In this document: in pieces, positions 44,995-52,873 of the stretch
How positions within the stretch are numbered: position 1 is the stretch's first letter
How the letters are laid out: every line of letters starts with the position of its first letter
Source: Patescibacteria group bacterium
Lineage (GTDB): Bacteria > Patescibacteriota > Minisyncoccia > Phycocordibacterales > Phycocordibacteraceae
Length of the DNA stretch: 63,555 nucleotides
NCBI GenBank assembly: GCA_018970465.1
Contig: JAGWWI010000003.1
Span: forward strand, 1 to 63,555
Direction of reading: 5' to 3'
The notes under the pieces: model-generated
Databases searched by the model: none
Told to the model about the DNA's origin: nothing
What the model saw: the letters and a program-made list of their open reading frames with translations, nothing else
Made by a program: the position numbers and the translations under genes

Positions 44995-46746
44995 ATGACA
45001 TTTGCGGCCGTTTCCTTTCTCGCGGGAGTGCTGACGGTGCTGTCGCCGTGCGTGCTGCCGTTGCTCCCGGTGATTGTGGGCGGGTCGGTGGCGGGGGAGC
45101 GCTCGTGGCGGCGCGCGGCGACGGTAGTCGCCGCGCTTGGTATTTCAGTATTTGCTTTTACATTCCTCCTTAAGGTCTCGACGGCCTTCGTCGCGGTGCC
45201 CGAGAGCGTCTGGGAGTGGCTCTCGGGCGGGATCCTCTTCTTGGTGGGCATCTTCTTCGTCTTCCCGAATCTCTACGACCTCCTGCCCGGCGCCGCGCGC
45301 GGGAACGCGGGCGCGACGCGGCTCATGTCGCGCGGCTTCATGCGCCAGAGCTTCTGGGGCGATATCGTCGTCGGCGCTGCGCTCGGACCCGTCTTCACCA
45401 CCTGCTCGCCGACCTATTTCGTCGTCCTTGCGACCGTCTTGCCCGTCTCCTTGGCGGCCGGGGTGGGGGACATCGCGGCCTACACCCTCGGCCTCTGCCT
45501 CTTCCTTCTCCTTATCTCGATTCTCGGTCAGCGCGCGCTCGAGCGGCTCGGCGTCGCGGCCGACCCGCGCGGCTGGCTCCGCCGCGCGATCGGCGCGCTC
45601 TTCCTGCTCATCGCGGCGATGATCGTGACGGGCACCCTCGCGCGGGCCGAGGCGCCCCTCTACAGCATCTTCGACGAGACCAAGATCGAAGAGCGCCTCT
45701 TGCCTGCCGCGGCACCCGCGCCGCTCGCGAGCTCGACCCCGGCAGGGGAGGGCAGCGGCGTGGCGAGCACAGCAAACGCGTCGAGCACGGGGGACGTTGC
45801 GGCAATCATCGCCGCCAAGACGGCGAAGTATCCGAAGGCGCCCGAGCTCGTCTCGCCGGACGCGTATCTGAATACTGGCGGCAAGCCGATCACCTTGGCG
45901 AGCCTGCGCGGCAAGGTCGTCCTCGTCGACTTCTGGACCTACTCCTGCATCAACTGCCAGCGGACGCTGCCATATTTGGCGGCGTGGTACGCGAAGTATA
46001 AGGATCAGGGTCTCGTCGTCCTCGGCGTCCACACGCCCGAGTTCGCCTTCGAACACCTCGAGAGCAATGTCGCCGCCGCCTTGAAGCAATTCGGCATCAC
46101 CTACCCGGTCGTGCTCGACAACGAGGACCAGACCTGGGCCGCCTACGGCAACCAGTTCTGGCCGCACGAATACCTGATCGACGAAGATGGCTTCATCGTC
46201 CACGACCACATCGGCGAGGGCGGCTACAGCGAGACCGAGGCGGCGATCCAAGCCGCGCTCGCGGAGCGCGCTGCGCGAGCGGGCCAGGCGGCCTCCTTGA
46301 GCCCCGCGGCCGCCGCGGGGATCCCAGAGGCCGATCTCTCGGGCATCGGTTCGCCCGAGACCTACTTCGGCGCGGCGCGGAACGAATTCTTGGGGAACGG
46401 CGCGCAAGGGCAGGAGGGCCCGCAGACGCTCGCGATCCCGGCCGCCGTCGCGCCGAACACGCTCTACCTCGGGGGCGCGTGGGACTTCGCGAAGGAGTAT
46501 GCGACCGCTGCGCCGGGCGCGACGGTCGTCTACGAGTATCAGGCGACGAAGATCTATCTCGTCGCCTCAGGTGCCGCCGCGGGGACGCCGGTCGAGGTCT
46601 GGCAGGACGGCGCGCGCGTCAAGACGATCACCGTCTCGGCGAGCAAGCTCTACACGCTCGTCGAGAACGCGAGCGCCGGCACCCACACGCTGAAGCTCAT
46701 CGTGAAGGGCGCGGGCCTTGCGGCCTACACGCTCGACTTCGGCTAA
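44995..46746 (+). CDS. DipZ-like thiol:disulfide oxidoreductase (CcdA/DsbD transmembrane domain + TlpA-like thioredoxin + C-terminal domain)
   Basis: LSPCVLPLLP in TM1; thioredoxin-like WTYSCINCQRTLP. 583-aa fusion architecture. Confidence 0.8.
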   Translation: MTFAAVSFLAGVLTVLSPCVLPLLPVIVGGSVAGERSWRRAATVVAALGISVFAFTFLLKVSTAFVAVPESVWEWLSGGILFLVGIFFVFPNLYDLLPGAARGNAGATRLMSRGFMRQSFWGDIVVGAALGPVFTTCSPTYFVVLATVLPVSLAAGVGDIAAYTLGLCLFLLLISILGQRALERLGVAADPRGWLRRAIGALFLLIAAMIVTGTLARAEAPLYSIFDETKIEERLLPAAAPAPLASSTPAGEGSGVASTANASSTGDVAAIIAAKTAKYPKAPELVSPDAYLNTGGKPITLASLRGKVVLVDFWTYSCINCQRTLPYLAAWYAKYKDQGLVVLGVHTPEFAFEHLESNVAAALKQFGITYPVVLDNEDQTWAAYGNQFWPHEYLIDEDGFIVHDHIGEGGYSETEAAIQAALAERAARAGQAASLSPAAAAGIPEADLSGIGSPETYFGAARNEFLGNGAQGQEGPQTLAIPAAVAPNTLYLGGAWDFAKEYATAAPGATVVYEYQATKIYLVASGAAAGTPVEVWQDGARVKTITVSASKLYTLVENASAGTHTLKLIVKGAGLAAYTLDFG

Positions 46747-46753
46747 GACGCCG

Positions 46754-46999
46754 CTACAGCTCTTCGTCGCCGCCCTCCTCGGGCGGGAGGAGGTGGTCGT
46801 GCCGCGCCTCGGCCATCTCGCGAGCTTCTGCTAGGCGGCGTTCCTCCATCTCTGTTTTATAGGCATCTTCTTCCGCTTGTTTTTTGGTGCGGTTTTCGTT
46901 TGCCGCCCGGGCGCCCTTGCTGCCCATCTTGGAGAGTGCCGAAGCGTTTTCCTGGCGGATGGCGTTTTCGACTTTCTTGGGTCGCAGCCGCTCAGACAT
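46754..46999 (-). CDS. Small highly charged hypothetical protein
   Basis: 81 aa, K/E/R-rich. Starts 4 nt after the YqeY-like gene stop, co-oriented. Confidence 0.45.
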   Translation of the reverse strand: MSERLRPKKVENAIRQENASALSKMGSKGARAANENRTKKQAEEDAYKTEMEERRLAEAREMAEARHDHLLPPEEGGDEEL

Positions 47000-47002
47000 A
47001 CG

Positions 47003-47458
47003 CTAGGCGAGGAGCGAGTCGACGACCTCCTTCACCACCTGGCCGTCGGCAGCACCCTTGAGCTCCTTCATCAGGGCGCCGATGAACTTGCCGCTCTCGG
47101 CCTTCGTCGAGACGCCGAGCTCGGCCATCTTGGCGCGCGCAATCTGCTCGACCTCGTCGCGGCTCATCATCGCGGGGAGGAGCGACTCGATGATCGCGAG
47201 CTCCGCCTGCTCCGGCTCCGCGAGCTCGGGTCGGCCGCCCTTCAAGAATTGCTCGATCGAATCCTTGCGCTGGCTCGCCGCGCGCTTCAAGACGGCGAGC
47301 GCTTCGTCGTCGGTGAGGAATTCGTCGGGCTTGCGCTTCTTCGCGACGACCTCGTTCGTCATCGCGGTCACCAGGGAGCGCAGGGTCCGGAGCCGGACCT
47401 CATCTCTGGCCCGCATCGCCTCGGGGATCTGTTTCTTCAAATCTTCGTGGATAGCCAT
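47003..47458 (-). CDS. GatB/YqeY-domain protein
   Basis: ..MRARDEVRLRTLRSL..A..NE.. and a C-terminal ..GK.IGALMKELKG.ADG..V.. pattern. Confidence 0.85.
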   Translation of the reverse strand: MAIHEDLKKQIPEAMRARDEVRLRTLRSLVTAMTNEVVAKKRKPDEFLTDDEALAVLKRAASQRKDSIEQFLKGGRPELAEPEQAELAIIESLLPAMMSRDEVEQIARAKMAELGVSTKAESGKFIGALMKELKGAADGQVVKEVVDSLLA

Positions 47459-47478
47459 GGGCCGAGTATACTACGGCC

Positions 47479-48540
47479 ATGTCAGCCCTCGCCATTCTCC
47501 TCATTGTCGGCGCCCTGGTCATCGTTCAGGTCGTAGGGCTTGCGGTCATCTTCGGCTGGCTGCGGCGGGCGGCCGAGAAGCGCCCTGAGGACACGAGCGC
47601 GATGGTCCTCCTCCAGAACCGCATCGACGACCTGGGGAAGATCCTCGACGACAAGCTCGACCGCGGCCAGGAGCGGATGCACACCATATTCCGAGATCAG
47701 GTCGCGGGCTCACAGCGCTTGATCCGTGAGATCACCGAAGAGATCACCTCGGTCAAGGAGGTTGGCCGACAGACACAGTCTTTCGCCGAGCAGCTTAAGA
47801 ACCTGCAGGACATCCTCCAGAATCCGAAGCAGCGCGGCATTCTCGGCGAGTACTACCTCGAGACGGTCTTGAAGAACGTCTTGCCGCCCGGCATGTTCCA
47901 GATGCAGTACCCGTTCGAGAACGGCGAGATCGTCGACGCCGCCGTCTTCGTGAACGAGAAGATCGTGCCGATCGACTCCAAGTTCTCGCTCGACAACTAC
48001 AACCGCTTCGTCTCGACCCACGACCCGGCCGAGCGCGCCGCAGCCGAGAAGGCGTTCGTGAACGACCTCAAGCTCCGCATCCAGGAGACGGCCAAGTATA
48101 TCCGCCCCGCGGAGAACACCATGGACTTCGCCTTCATGTTCATCCCCTCGGAGGGCATCTATTACGACCTCCTCACGAACCAGGTCGGGGGCGGGGAGGA
48201 CGAGAACCTCATCCAACGGGCGGCCGCCCGCTACAAGGTGATCATCGTCTCGCCGACCTCCTTCCTCGCCTATCTTCAGACCGTCATGCAGGGGCTGAAG
48301 GCCTTGCAGGTCGAGAAGAAGGCGGAGGAGATCCAGAAGCGGGTAGGGGAGCTGGGGAAGCATATCGGCGCCTACGAGGAGTACTACCGCAAGCTCGGTG
48401 TCTCCCTCGGCACCAGCGTGAGCCACTACAACGCCGGCTACAAGGAGCTCGGCAAGATCGATAAGGACGTCTACCGTATCGCGGGTGAGAAGGTTGGTCT
48501 CGAGCCGGAGTTGCTCGAGAAGCCCTCGATGGAGCAATGA
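47479..48540 (+). CDS. rmuC: DNA recombination protein RmuC
   Basis: N-terminal TM, a coiled region, and the RmuC nuclease-like core (..PIDSKF..FMFIPSEG..VSPT..). Confidence 0.85.
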   Translation: MSALAILLIVGALVIVQVVGLAVIFGWLRRAAEKRPEDTSAMVLLQNRIDDLGKILDDKLDRGQERMHTIFRDQVAGSQRLIREITEEITSVKEVGRQTQSFAEQLKNLQDILQNPKQRGILGEYYLETVLKNVLPPGMFQMQYPFENGEIVDAAVFVNEKIVPIDSKFSLDNYNRFVSTHDPAERAAAEKAFVNDLKLRIQETAKYIRPAENTMDFAFMFIPSEGIYYDLLTNQVGGGEDENLIQRAAARYKVIIVSPTSFLAYLQTVMQGLKALQVEKKAEEIQKRVGELGKHIGAYEEYYRKLGVSLGTSVSHYNAGYKELGKIDKDVYRIAGEKVGLEPELLEKPSMEQ

Positions 48541-48551
48541 TGTCCACACTC

Positions 48552-48580
48552 TTGCATCTGCGTTCTCTCGGGATTATCCT
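48552..48580 (+). promoter_or_regulatory. Sigma70-like promoter (TTGCAT-N17-TATCCT)
   Basis: ttgcat at 48552..48557, a 17-nt spacer, tatcct at 48575..48580. The predicted TSS near 48587 coincides with the 5' strand of the closing helix of the candidate RNA. Confidence 0.4.
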
Positions 48581-48586
48581 CCAGAA

Positions 48587-48856
48587 GGTTGTGGTGCGCC
48601 TGTCGTCCAGTACGGAGAAACACTCTTAAGGCTAACGATAGTTACCGCTAAAGCCAGACGGCCAAGAGCCATGAGGCCAACGCAGACACGCCTGTTGGGG
48701 GCTGGACCGGCTCCCTCGGTCCCAGGGTGAAAAACTGCAATGACCCAAGGACACGGCCAAACGGAGATACCAGCTCGGTGAGGTTATCTGAAGGATGGGT
48801 GCCTAAAATCCACCGGTGACGCACTGCAACTGCAAAACGCCCTTCGGGGCGTTTTG
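48587..48856 (+). ncRNA. Candidate structured small RNA (~270 nt), class unknown
   Basis: No convincing ORF. An 11-bp closing helix pairs 48588..48598 (guuguggugcg) with 48820..48830 (cgcacugcaac). Internal hairpins include a GNRA-looped GG(C)UAAC-GAUA-GUUACC and CUGGACCG..CGGUCCCAG. The terminator aaaacgccc-ttcg-gggcgtttt lies at 48834..48855. Confidence 0.35.
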
Positions 48857-48888
48857 CTGCCCCTCGCTGTGGAACTTCTAAGGCGTCG

Positions 48889-48919
48889 CCTTGGAAGACC
48901 TTGGAAGAGCCTTGGAAAA
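48889..48919. repeat. Three direct CCTTGGAA(G/A)A repeats at 10/11-bp spacing
   Basis: ccttggaaga ccttggaaga g ccttggaaaa. Each copy contains the palindrome CCTTGG. Confidence 0.8.
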
Positions 48920-48975
48920 CTTACATGACACTCAAGGCGCTCGAACGGCCGAATCCGGAGCTGGACGCGTAGCTA

Positions 48976-49000
48976 CAAGGCCGCCCAGAGGGCGGCCTTG
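48976..49000 (-). terminator. Terminator hairpin after gene 49023..49310
   Basis: caaggccgccc aga gggcggccttg. Confidence 0.55.
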
Positions 49001-49022
49001 CTCGTTGTCGTTGCGACGCGGG

Positions 49023-49310
49023 TCACCACCGGTCGGGCGTGAGTGGGAAATACGTCTTGAAGATATCCTCGAAGCGGAGCCCGGTGTAGGACTCGCCGTC
49101 GATGATCCCTTCAGTCCATCCGGCGGTTGAGGAATAGAGCCCGATGTCGATGCTGCTCGGCCAGTGGATGGTGACGGCGACTCCACCGACTTGCGTGAGG
49201 GTACTATTCTCCTGATACCAGCTCGTAGTCATATCCTGCAAGTGTCCGCGAATCTCCGCTCCCGTGAGTGGGCGCCTGAAGCGGTATTCGCTGCGGGCTG
49301 AATCGTCCAT
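49023..49310 (-). CDS. Hypothetical protein
   Basis: ATG (MDDSARSEY..) preceded by TTGGAGG. 95 aa; lower G+C. Confidence 0.45.
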   Translation of the reverse strand: MDDSARSEYRFRRPLTGAEIRGHLQDMTTSWYQENSTLTQVGGVAVTIHWPSSIDIGLYSSTAGWTEGIIDGESYTGLRFEDIFKTYFPLTPDRW

Positions 49311-49391
49311 TGGGACCTCCAAGGTTCAAGTTCGGCCAAGCTATAGCGCACCGGCTTGCGCCTGTAAAGTCGGCCTGGGCAACACGGCGGC

Positions 49392-49420
49392 TTGCTCATT
49401 TGGGAGTGGAGTGCTATAGT
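49392..49420 (+). promoter_or_regulatory. Sigma70-like promoter for rplU (TTGCTC-N17-TATAGT), near-leaderless geometry
   Basis: The -10 hexamer ends 8 nt before the rplU ATG. No SD. Confidence 0.35.
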
Positions 49421-49428
49421 ACGGGGCA

Positions 49429-49746
49429 ATGGAAGTGGCCGTAATCAAGACCGGCGGGAAGCAGTATGTCGTCGAAAAGGGCGACACGATCGCTATCGAG
49501 AAGCTCCCCGGCGAGGTGAAGAAGGGCGACACCGTCACCTTCGACCAGGTGCTCCTGGTCGACAATGGCACGGACACGACCATCGGGACGCCCGTGATCA
49601 AAGGCGCCTCCGTGCAGGGGACCGTCATGATGGTCGGCCGCGCCAAGAAGGTGGAGGTCGTGAAGTACAAGCCGAAGAGCCGCTATTTCAAGAAGAATGG
49701 CCATCGGCAGCCGGTCGTGAAGGTCAAGATCGACCAAATCTCTTAA
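49429..49746 (+). CDS. rplU: 50S ribosomal protein L21
   Basis: M.VAVIKTGGKQY.V..GD...IEKL....G..V.F..VLLV.. Confidence 0.95.
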   Translation: MEVAVIKTGGKQYVVEKGDTIAIEKLPGEVKKGDTVTFDQVLLVDNGTDTTIGTPVIKGASVQGTVMMVGRAKKVEVVKYKPKSRYFKKNGHRQPVVKVKIDQIS

Positions 49747-49807
49747 TTCATTTTTCAGGAACGGTTCGTTCCTGATCCTAATCGCCGCAGATGCGGCCAG
49801 ATATGCA

Positions 49808-51190
49808 ATGCAGATAGGCAGATGGCATCACCAGGGTACTGGTGGGAATTCTCATGACAGTGCGCGCGAGAGCGGCGCAGCGCGCGGGGGCGACCTCGAC
49901 CCGGCGGCGTTCCGTTCTCTCGGGCGCGACGCGCGACGCGGGCCGGGAGCCGGGCGCGGTTCGCGCAGTTTCGGCGGCGATCGCGGCGGGCGGAGCTTCG
50001 GCAGCCGCGGCGGCTCGCGCGGCCCTTCGATGGGCGCCGGGCGCTCCCGGAAGCGCGGCGGCCCGGGCGCCTTCGGGCAGACCGAGGCGGAGATCGCGAA
50101 GTTCATCAATCGCGGTACGCCGATCGAGGCGCCCGAAGCGGCCTTCGAGCCCGAGCACGCCTTCGCCGATTTCGATATCGACGCGCGCCTCAAGGCGAAC
50201 CTTGAGAGCCGCGGCTACAAGGCGCCGACCCCGATCCAGGACAAGGCGATCGAGCCGGGCCTCGAGGGCCGCGACATCGTCGGCCTCGCCGAGACCGGGA
50301 CCGGGAAGACCGCGGCGTTCCTCCTCCCCCTCATCGAGAAGGTCTTGCGCCGCCCCGGCGAGCGCATCCTCGTGATGGCGCCCACGCGGGAGCTCGCGGT
50401 GCAGATCGAGAAGGAGCTCGCCGGCTTCGCGAAGGGTCTCGGATTCCGCGGCATGGTCGCCGTGGGCGGAGCGAACATCAACCCGCAGATCCAGGCGCTC
50501 CGCCACAAGCCGTCGTTCGTGATCGGCACGCCCGGCCGCTTGAAGGACCTGATGGAGCGCGGCGCCCTGAACCTCTCGACCTTCGGCTCCGTCGTCCTCG
50601 ACGAGGCGGACCGCATGCTCGACATGGGCTTCATCGACGACATGCGCTTCATCCTCTCGCACCTCGGCACTCCGCGGCACACGCTCTTCTTCTCCGCCAC
50701 GATGGGGAAGGATATCGAGAAGCTGATCGGCGAATTCCTCACCAACCCGGTCATGATCTCGGTCAAGCGGCAGGAGACCTCGGCGAATGTCGAGCAGGAC
50801 GTGGTGCGCGTCGCGCCGGAGTCTGACAAGTTCGAGGAGCTCGTGCGGCTCCTTGGCGAGCCCGGCTTCGACAAGGTCCTGGTCTTCTGCCGGACCAAGT
50901 ACGGCGCCGAGCGCCTCGCGAAGATGCTTTCGCGCCGGCGGATCTTCGCCGAGTCGATCCACGGCGACAAAGCCTTCAACGCCCGGCTGCGCGCGCTTGA
51001 GGAATTCAAGCGCGGCAAGGTGCAGGCCCTCGTCGCGACCGACGTCGCCGCCCGCGGCCTCGACATCCCCGCCGTCTCGCACGTGATCAACTACGACCTT
51101 CCCTCGACCTACGAGGACTACGTCCACCGCATCGGCCGCACCGGCCGCGCGGCCGCCCGCGGGAAGGCGTTGACGTTCGTCGCGTCGTAA
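49808..51190 (+). CDS. DEAD-box ATP-dependent RNA helicase with N-terminal RGG-rich extension
   Basis: Q-motif region ..F.DF.I...L...L...GY..PTPIQ; AETGTGKT, DEAD, SAT, ..HRIGRTGR... The exact start is uncertain. Confidence 0.92.
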   Translation: MQIGRWHHQGTGGNSHDSARESGAARGGDLDPAAFRSLGRDARRGPGAGRGSRSFGGDRGGRSFGSRGGSRGPSMGAGRSRKRGGPGAFGQTEAEIAKFINRGTPIEAPEAAFEPEHAFADFDIDARLKANLESRGYKAPTPIQDKAIEPGLEGRDIVGLAETGTGKTAAFLLPLIEKVLRRPGERILVMAPTRELAVQIEKELAGFAKGLGFRGMVAVGGANINPQIQALRHKPSFVIGTPGRLKDLMERGALNLSTFGSVVLDEADRMLDMGFIDDMRFILSHLGTPRHTLFFSATMGKDIEKLIGEFLTNPVMISVKRQETSANVEQDVVRVAPESDKFEELVRLLGEPGFDKVLVFCRTKYGAERLAKMLSRRRIFAESIHGDKAFNARLRALEEFKRGKVQALVATDVAARGLDIPAVSHVINYDLPSTYEDYVHRIGRTGRAAARGKALTFVAS

Positions 51191-51241
51191 ATAGAGCGCA
51201 CAAAGCTGCACGTTGCATCCCCTAACTCTGAAGGGGTTTTT

Positions 51242-51379
51242 ATGGGCAAGGACTCGGGTGGTGGTGGCAAGGGCTCAGGCAGCTCTGGTGGCCACGGTGA
51301 CGGACGCGGCGGTTCGGGTGGTCAGAGTGGCGGCAAGGGCGGCTCGACCGGCGGCGGCTCCGGTACGCGCGGGCAGTAG
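51242..51379 (+). CDS. Candidate 45-aa glycine-rich peptide (MGKDSGGGGKGSGSSGGHGDGRGGSGGQSGGKGGSTGGGSGTRGQ)
   Basis: Hand-translated; below the ORF-track cutoff. GAAGGGG lies 5 nt upstream of the ATG. A strong hairpin follows, then the peptidase-like gene. Confidence 0.35.
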   Translation: MGKDSGGGGKGSGSSGGHGDGRGGSGGQSGGKGGSTGGGSGTRGQ

Positions 51380-51402
51380 CGGCTAAGGATAGCCGCATTG
51401 GG

Positions 51403-51430
51403 CCGGCGGTTGCGTTGTAGCAACCGCCGG
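51403..51430 (+). terminator. Hairpin between the Gly-rich ORF and the C39-like gene (terminator/attenuator)
   Basis: ccggcggttgc gttgta gcaaccgccgg then tctaagcttttt. Confidence 0.5.
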
Positions 51431-51444
51431 TCTAAGCTTTTTGC

Positions 51445-52086
51445 ATGGAACAAAGTCCGGTACCGTTTGCAAAAAATCTCAAGGACGACCTCCATTGTTT
51501 CCAGGCTGCACTGAAGATGGTGCTAGGCGTGCTGGATCCGAAGACGCGATACTCTTACCGTGCTCTTGATGCCGTAACCGGATTCAAGAAAGGGAACGTA
51601 ACGTGGGATACCCAGGCGCTCTTGTGGCTCGCCAATCAGGGATTCGAGGTCGCAAAGGTCACTCCGTTTGATTACGTCGCGTTTGCGCACCGGGGAGCTA
51701 CCTATCTCCGGGACTTTTGGCGAGCAGATGTTTTCGCATTTCAAGACGCCCATTCCGATCTGCGGCGAGAGAAGGCGCTCGCTAAAGGATTACTGAAGAA
51801 CAGGCGCATCACACTCGAGTCTCGTCGGCCGACTCTTCGGGATATGGAAGATTGCATTAAAAAGGGCTGGTTGGCGATCGTGAACGTTGACGTGGCGCTA
51901 CTGGATAAGAAGAAAAGATACAGTCCCCACTCGATCGTCGTGACGAAGCTCGCTCCTCGATTCGTGGAGTTCCATGACCCGGGCTTGCCGCCGGAGCCGA
52001 GTCGTCGAGTCCCAAGGGCGCTATTTGCGAAGGCCCTACACCAGGCCGAGCTAGTCTTGCTCCGGTGGCCGCTTCCGCGCGGCTAA
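51445..52086 (+). CDS. Papain-fold cysteine peptidase-like protein (C39-like)
   Basis: Candidate catalytic Cys in ..KDDLHCFQAALKMVLG.., His in ..SPHSIVVTK.., followed by ..FHDPG... The order and spacing resemble C39-like peptidases. Assigned by eye only. Confidence 0.45.
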   Translation: MEQSPVPFAKNLKDDLHCFQAALKMVLGVLDPKTRYSYRALDAVTGFKKGNVTWDTQALLWLANQGFEVAKVTPFDYVAFAHRGATYLRDFWRADVFAFQDAHSDLRREKALAKGLLKNRRITLESRRPTLRDMEDCIKKGWLAIVNVDVALLDKKKRYSPHSIVVTKLAPRFVEFHDPGLPPEPSRRVPRALFAKALHQAELVLLRWPLPRG

Positions 52087-52266
52087 CTAATGCGTTGCCG
52101 CGTTGATTGTCTGCGCAGACAAGCCGCACCAGGGGCACCACCAGACCTTCTTCGCGAGGGGCGCGTCGCCCACCGACCACCACTTGCCGCAGTGCGCACA
52201 GCGGAAGTGCGAGAGCTTCTCGACGGAGCGCTCGTGCTTCTTTGTTGCTGCGGGCTTAGGACTCAT
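52087..52266 (-). CDS. Small zinc-ribbon protein (59 aa)
   Basis: Hand-translated: MSPKPAATKKHERSVEKLSHFRCAHCGKWWSVGDAPLAKKVWWCPWCGLSAQTINAATH, with two CxxC pairs. Overlaps the recR 3' end by 11 nt. Confidence 0.45.
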   Translation of the reverse strand: MSPKPAATKKHERSVEKLSHFRCAHCGKWWSVGDAPLAKKVWWCPWCGLSAQTINAATH

Positions 52267-52870
52267 GGCGATTGCGGAGCGCGGCGCGGACGGTCTCGGC
52301 GTCGGAGTATTCGAGCTCGCTCCCGGTCGAAAGGCCGCGGCCGAGCGCGCTCACGCGGATGCGATCGCGGTAGGGGGACAAGAGCTCGCGCACGCGGTCG
52401 GCCGTGTGCTCGCCCTCGGAGGTCGCCGAGAGCGCGAGCACGACCTCTTTGAGCGCAGTCTGACCGCTATCGGCAAGGCCCTTTTCGATGCGTTTGAGAA
52501 GCTCCTTCTCCCGGATTGCGCCCTTGCCCGAGAGCGTGAGGACGCCGCCGAGGACGAAGTAGCGCCCGCGCCAAGTGCCCGCGCGCTCGACTGCCGCAAG
52601 GTCCTGATCCTTCTCGACGAGCATGAGCTCAGCGTCGTCGCGCGAACGGTCGGCGCAATAGTTGCAGACGGGGCCCGAGCCGTTCGCGAAGCGCAGGCAC
52701 TCGGGGCACTGCCGCACGGCGGCGCCGAGCTCGCCGACGGCCTTGGCGAGCGCCGCGCGCTCGGACGCGGGCGCGGCGAGGAGGTGATAGACGAAGCGCC
52801 GCGCCTGGCGCGGGCCTATCCCCGGGAGCTTCGCGAAGGCCGAAGCGAGATCGTCGATCGCGTTCGCCAT
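52256..52870 (-). CDS. recR: Recombination protein RecR
   Basis: ..LPGIGPRQARR.. HhH, a C4 zinc finger (CPECLRF....VCNYC), and a Toprim domain. Confidence 0.95.
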   Translation of the reverse strand: MANAIDDLASAFAKLPGIGPRQARRFVYHLLAAPASERAALAKAVGELGAAVRQCPECLRFANGSGPVCNYCADRSRDDAELMLVEKDQDLAAVERAGTWRGRYFVLGGVLTLSGKGAIREKELLKRIEKGLADSGQTALKEVVLALSATSEGEHTADRVRELLSPYRDRIRVSALGRGLSTGSELEYSDAETVRAALRNRHES

Positions 52871-52873
52871 CCC

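Noticed and set aside
48587-48856. Identification of the candidate RNA as RNase P RNA, tmRNA, SRP RNA or 6S RNA.
   Set aside because: It lacks the P4 GGAAAGUCC / ACAGAAnCCGGCUUA elements of RNase P, the tRNA-like 3' end (GGUUCGAAUCC..CCA) of tmRNA, and the GGAA/AGCA domain IV motif of SRP. It is longer and more branched than a 6S rod. The class is left unknown.
48891-49130. A 79-aa + strand ORF starting (TTG) within the CCTTGGAA repeats.
   Set aside because: It has a non-ATG start and no SD, runs antisense into the 49023..49310 gene and through its terminator hairpin, and has a shadow-like composition.
51214-51246. A TTGCAT .. TTTTAT promoter for the Gly-rich ORF.
   Set aside because: The -10 candidate overlaps the ATG itself, so the TSS would fall inside the ORF. 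The geometry is incompatible, and the stretch is better read as a weak hairpin plus SD.
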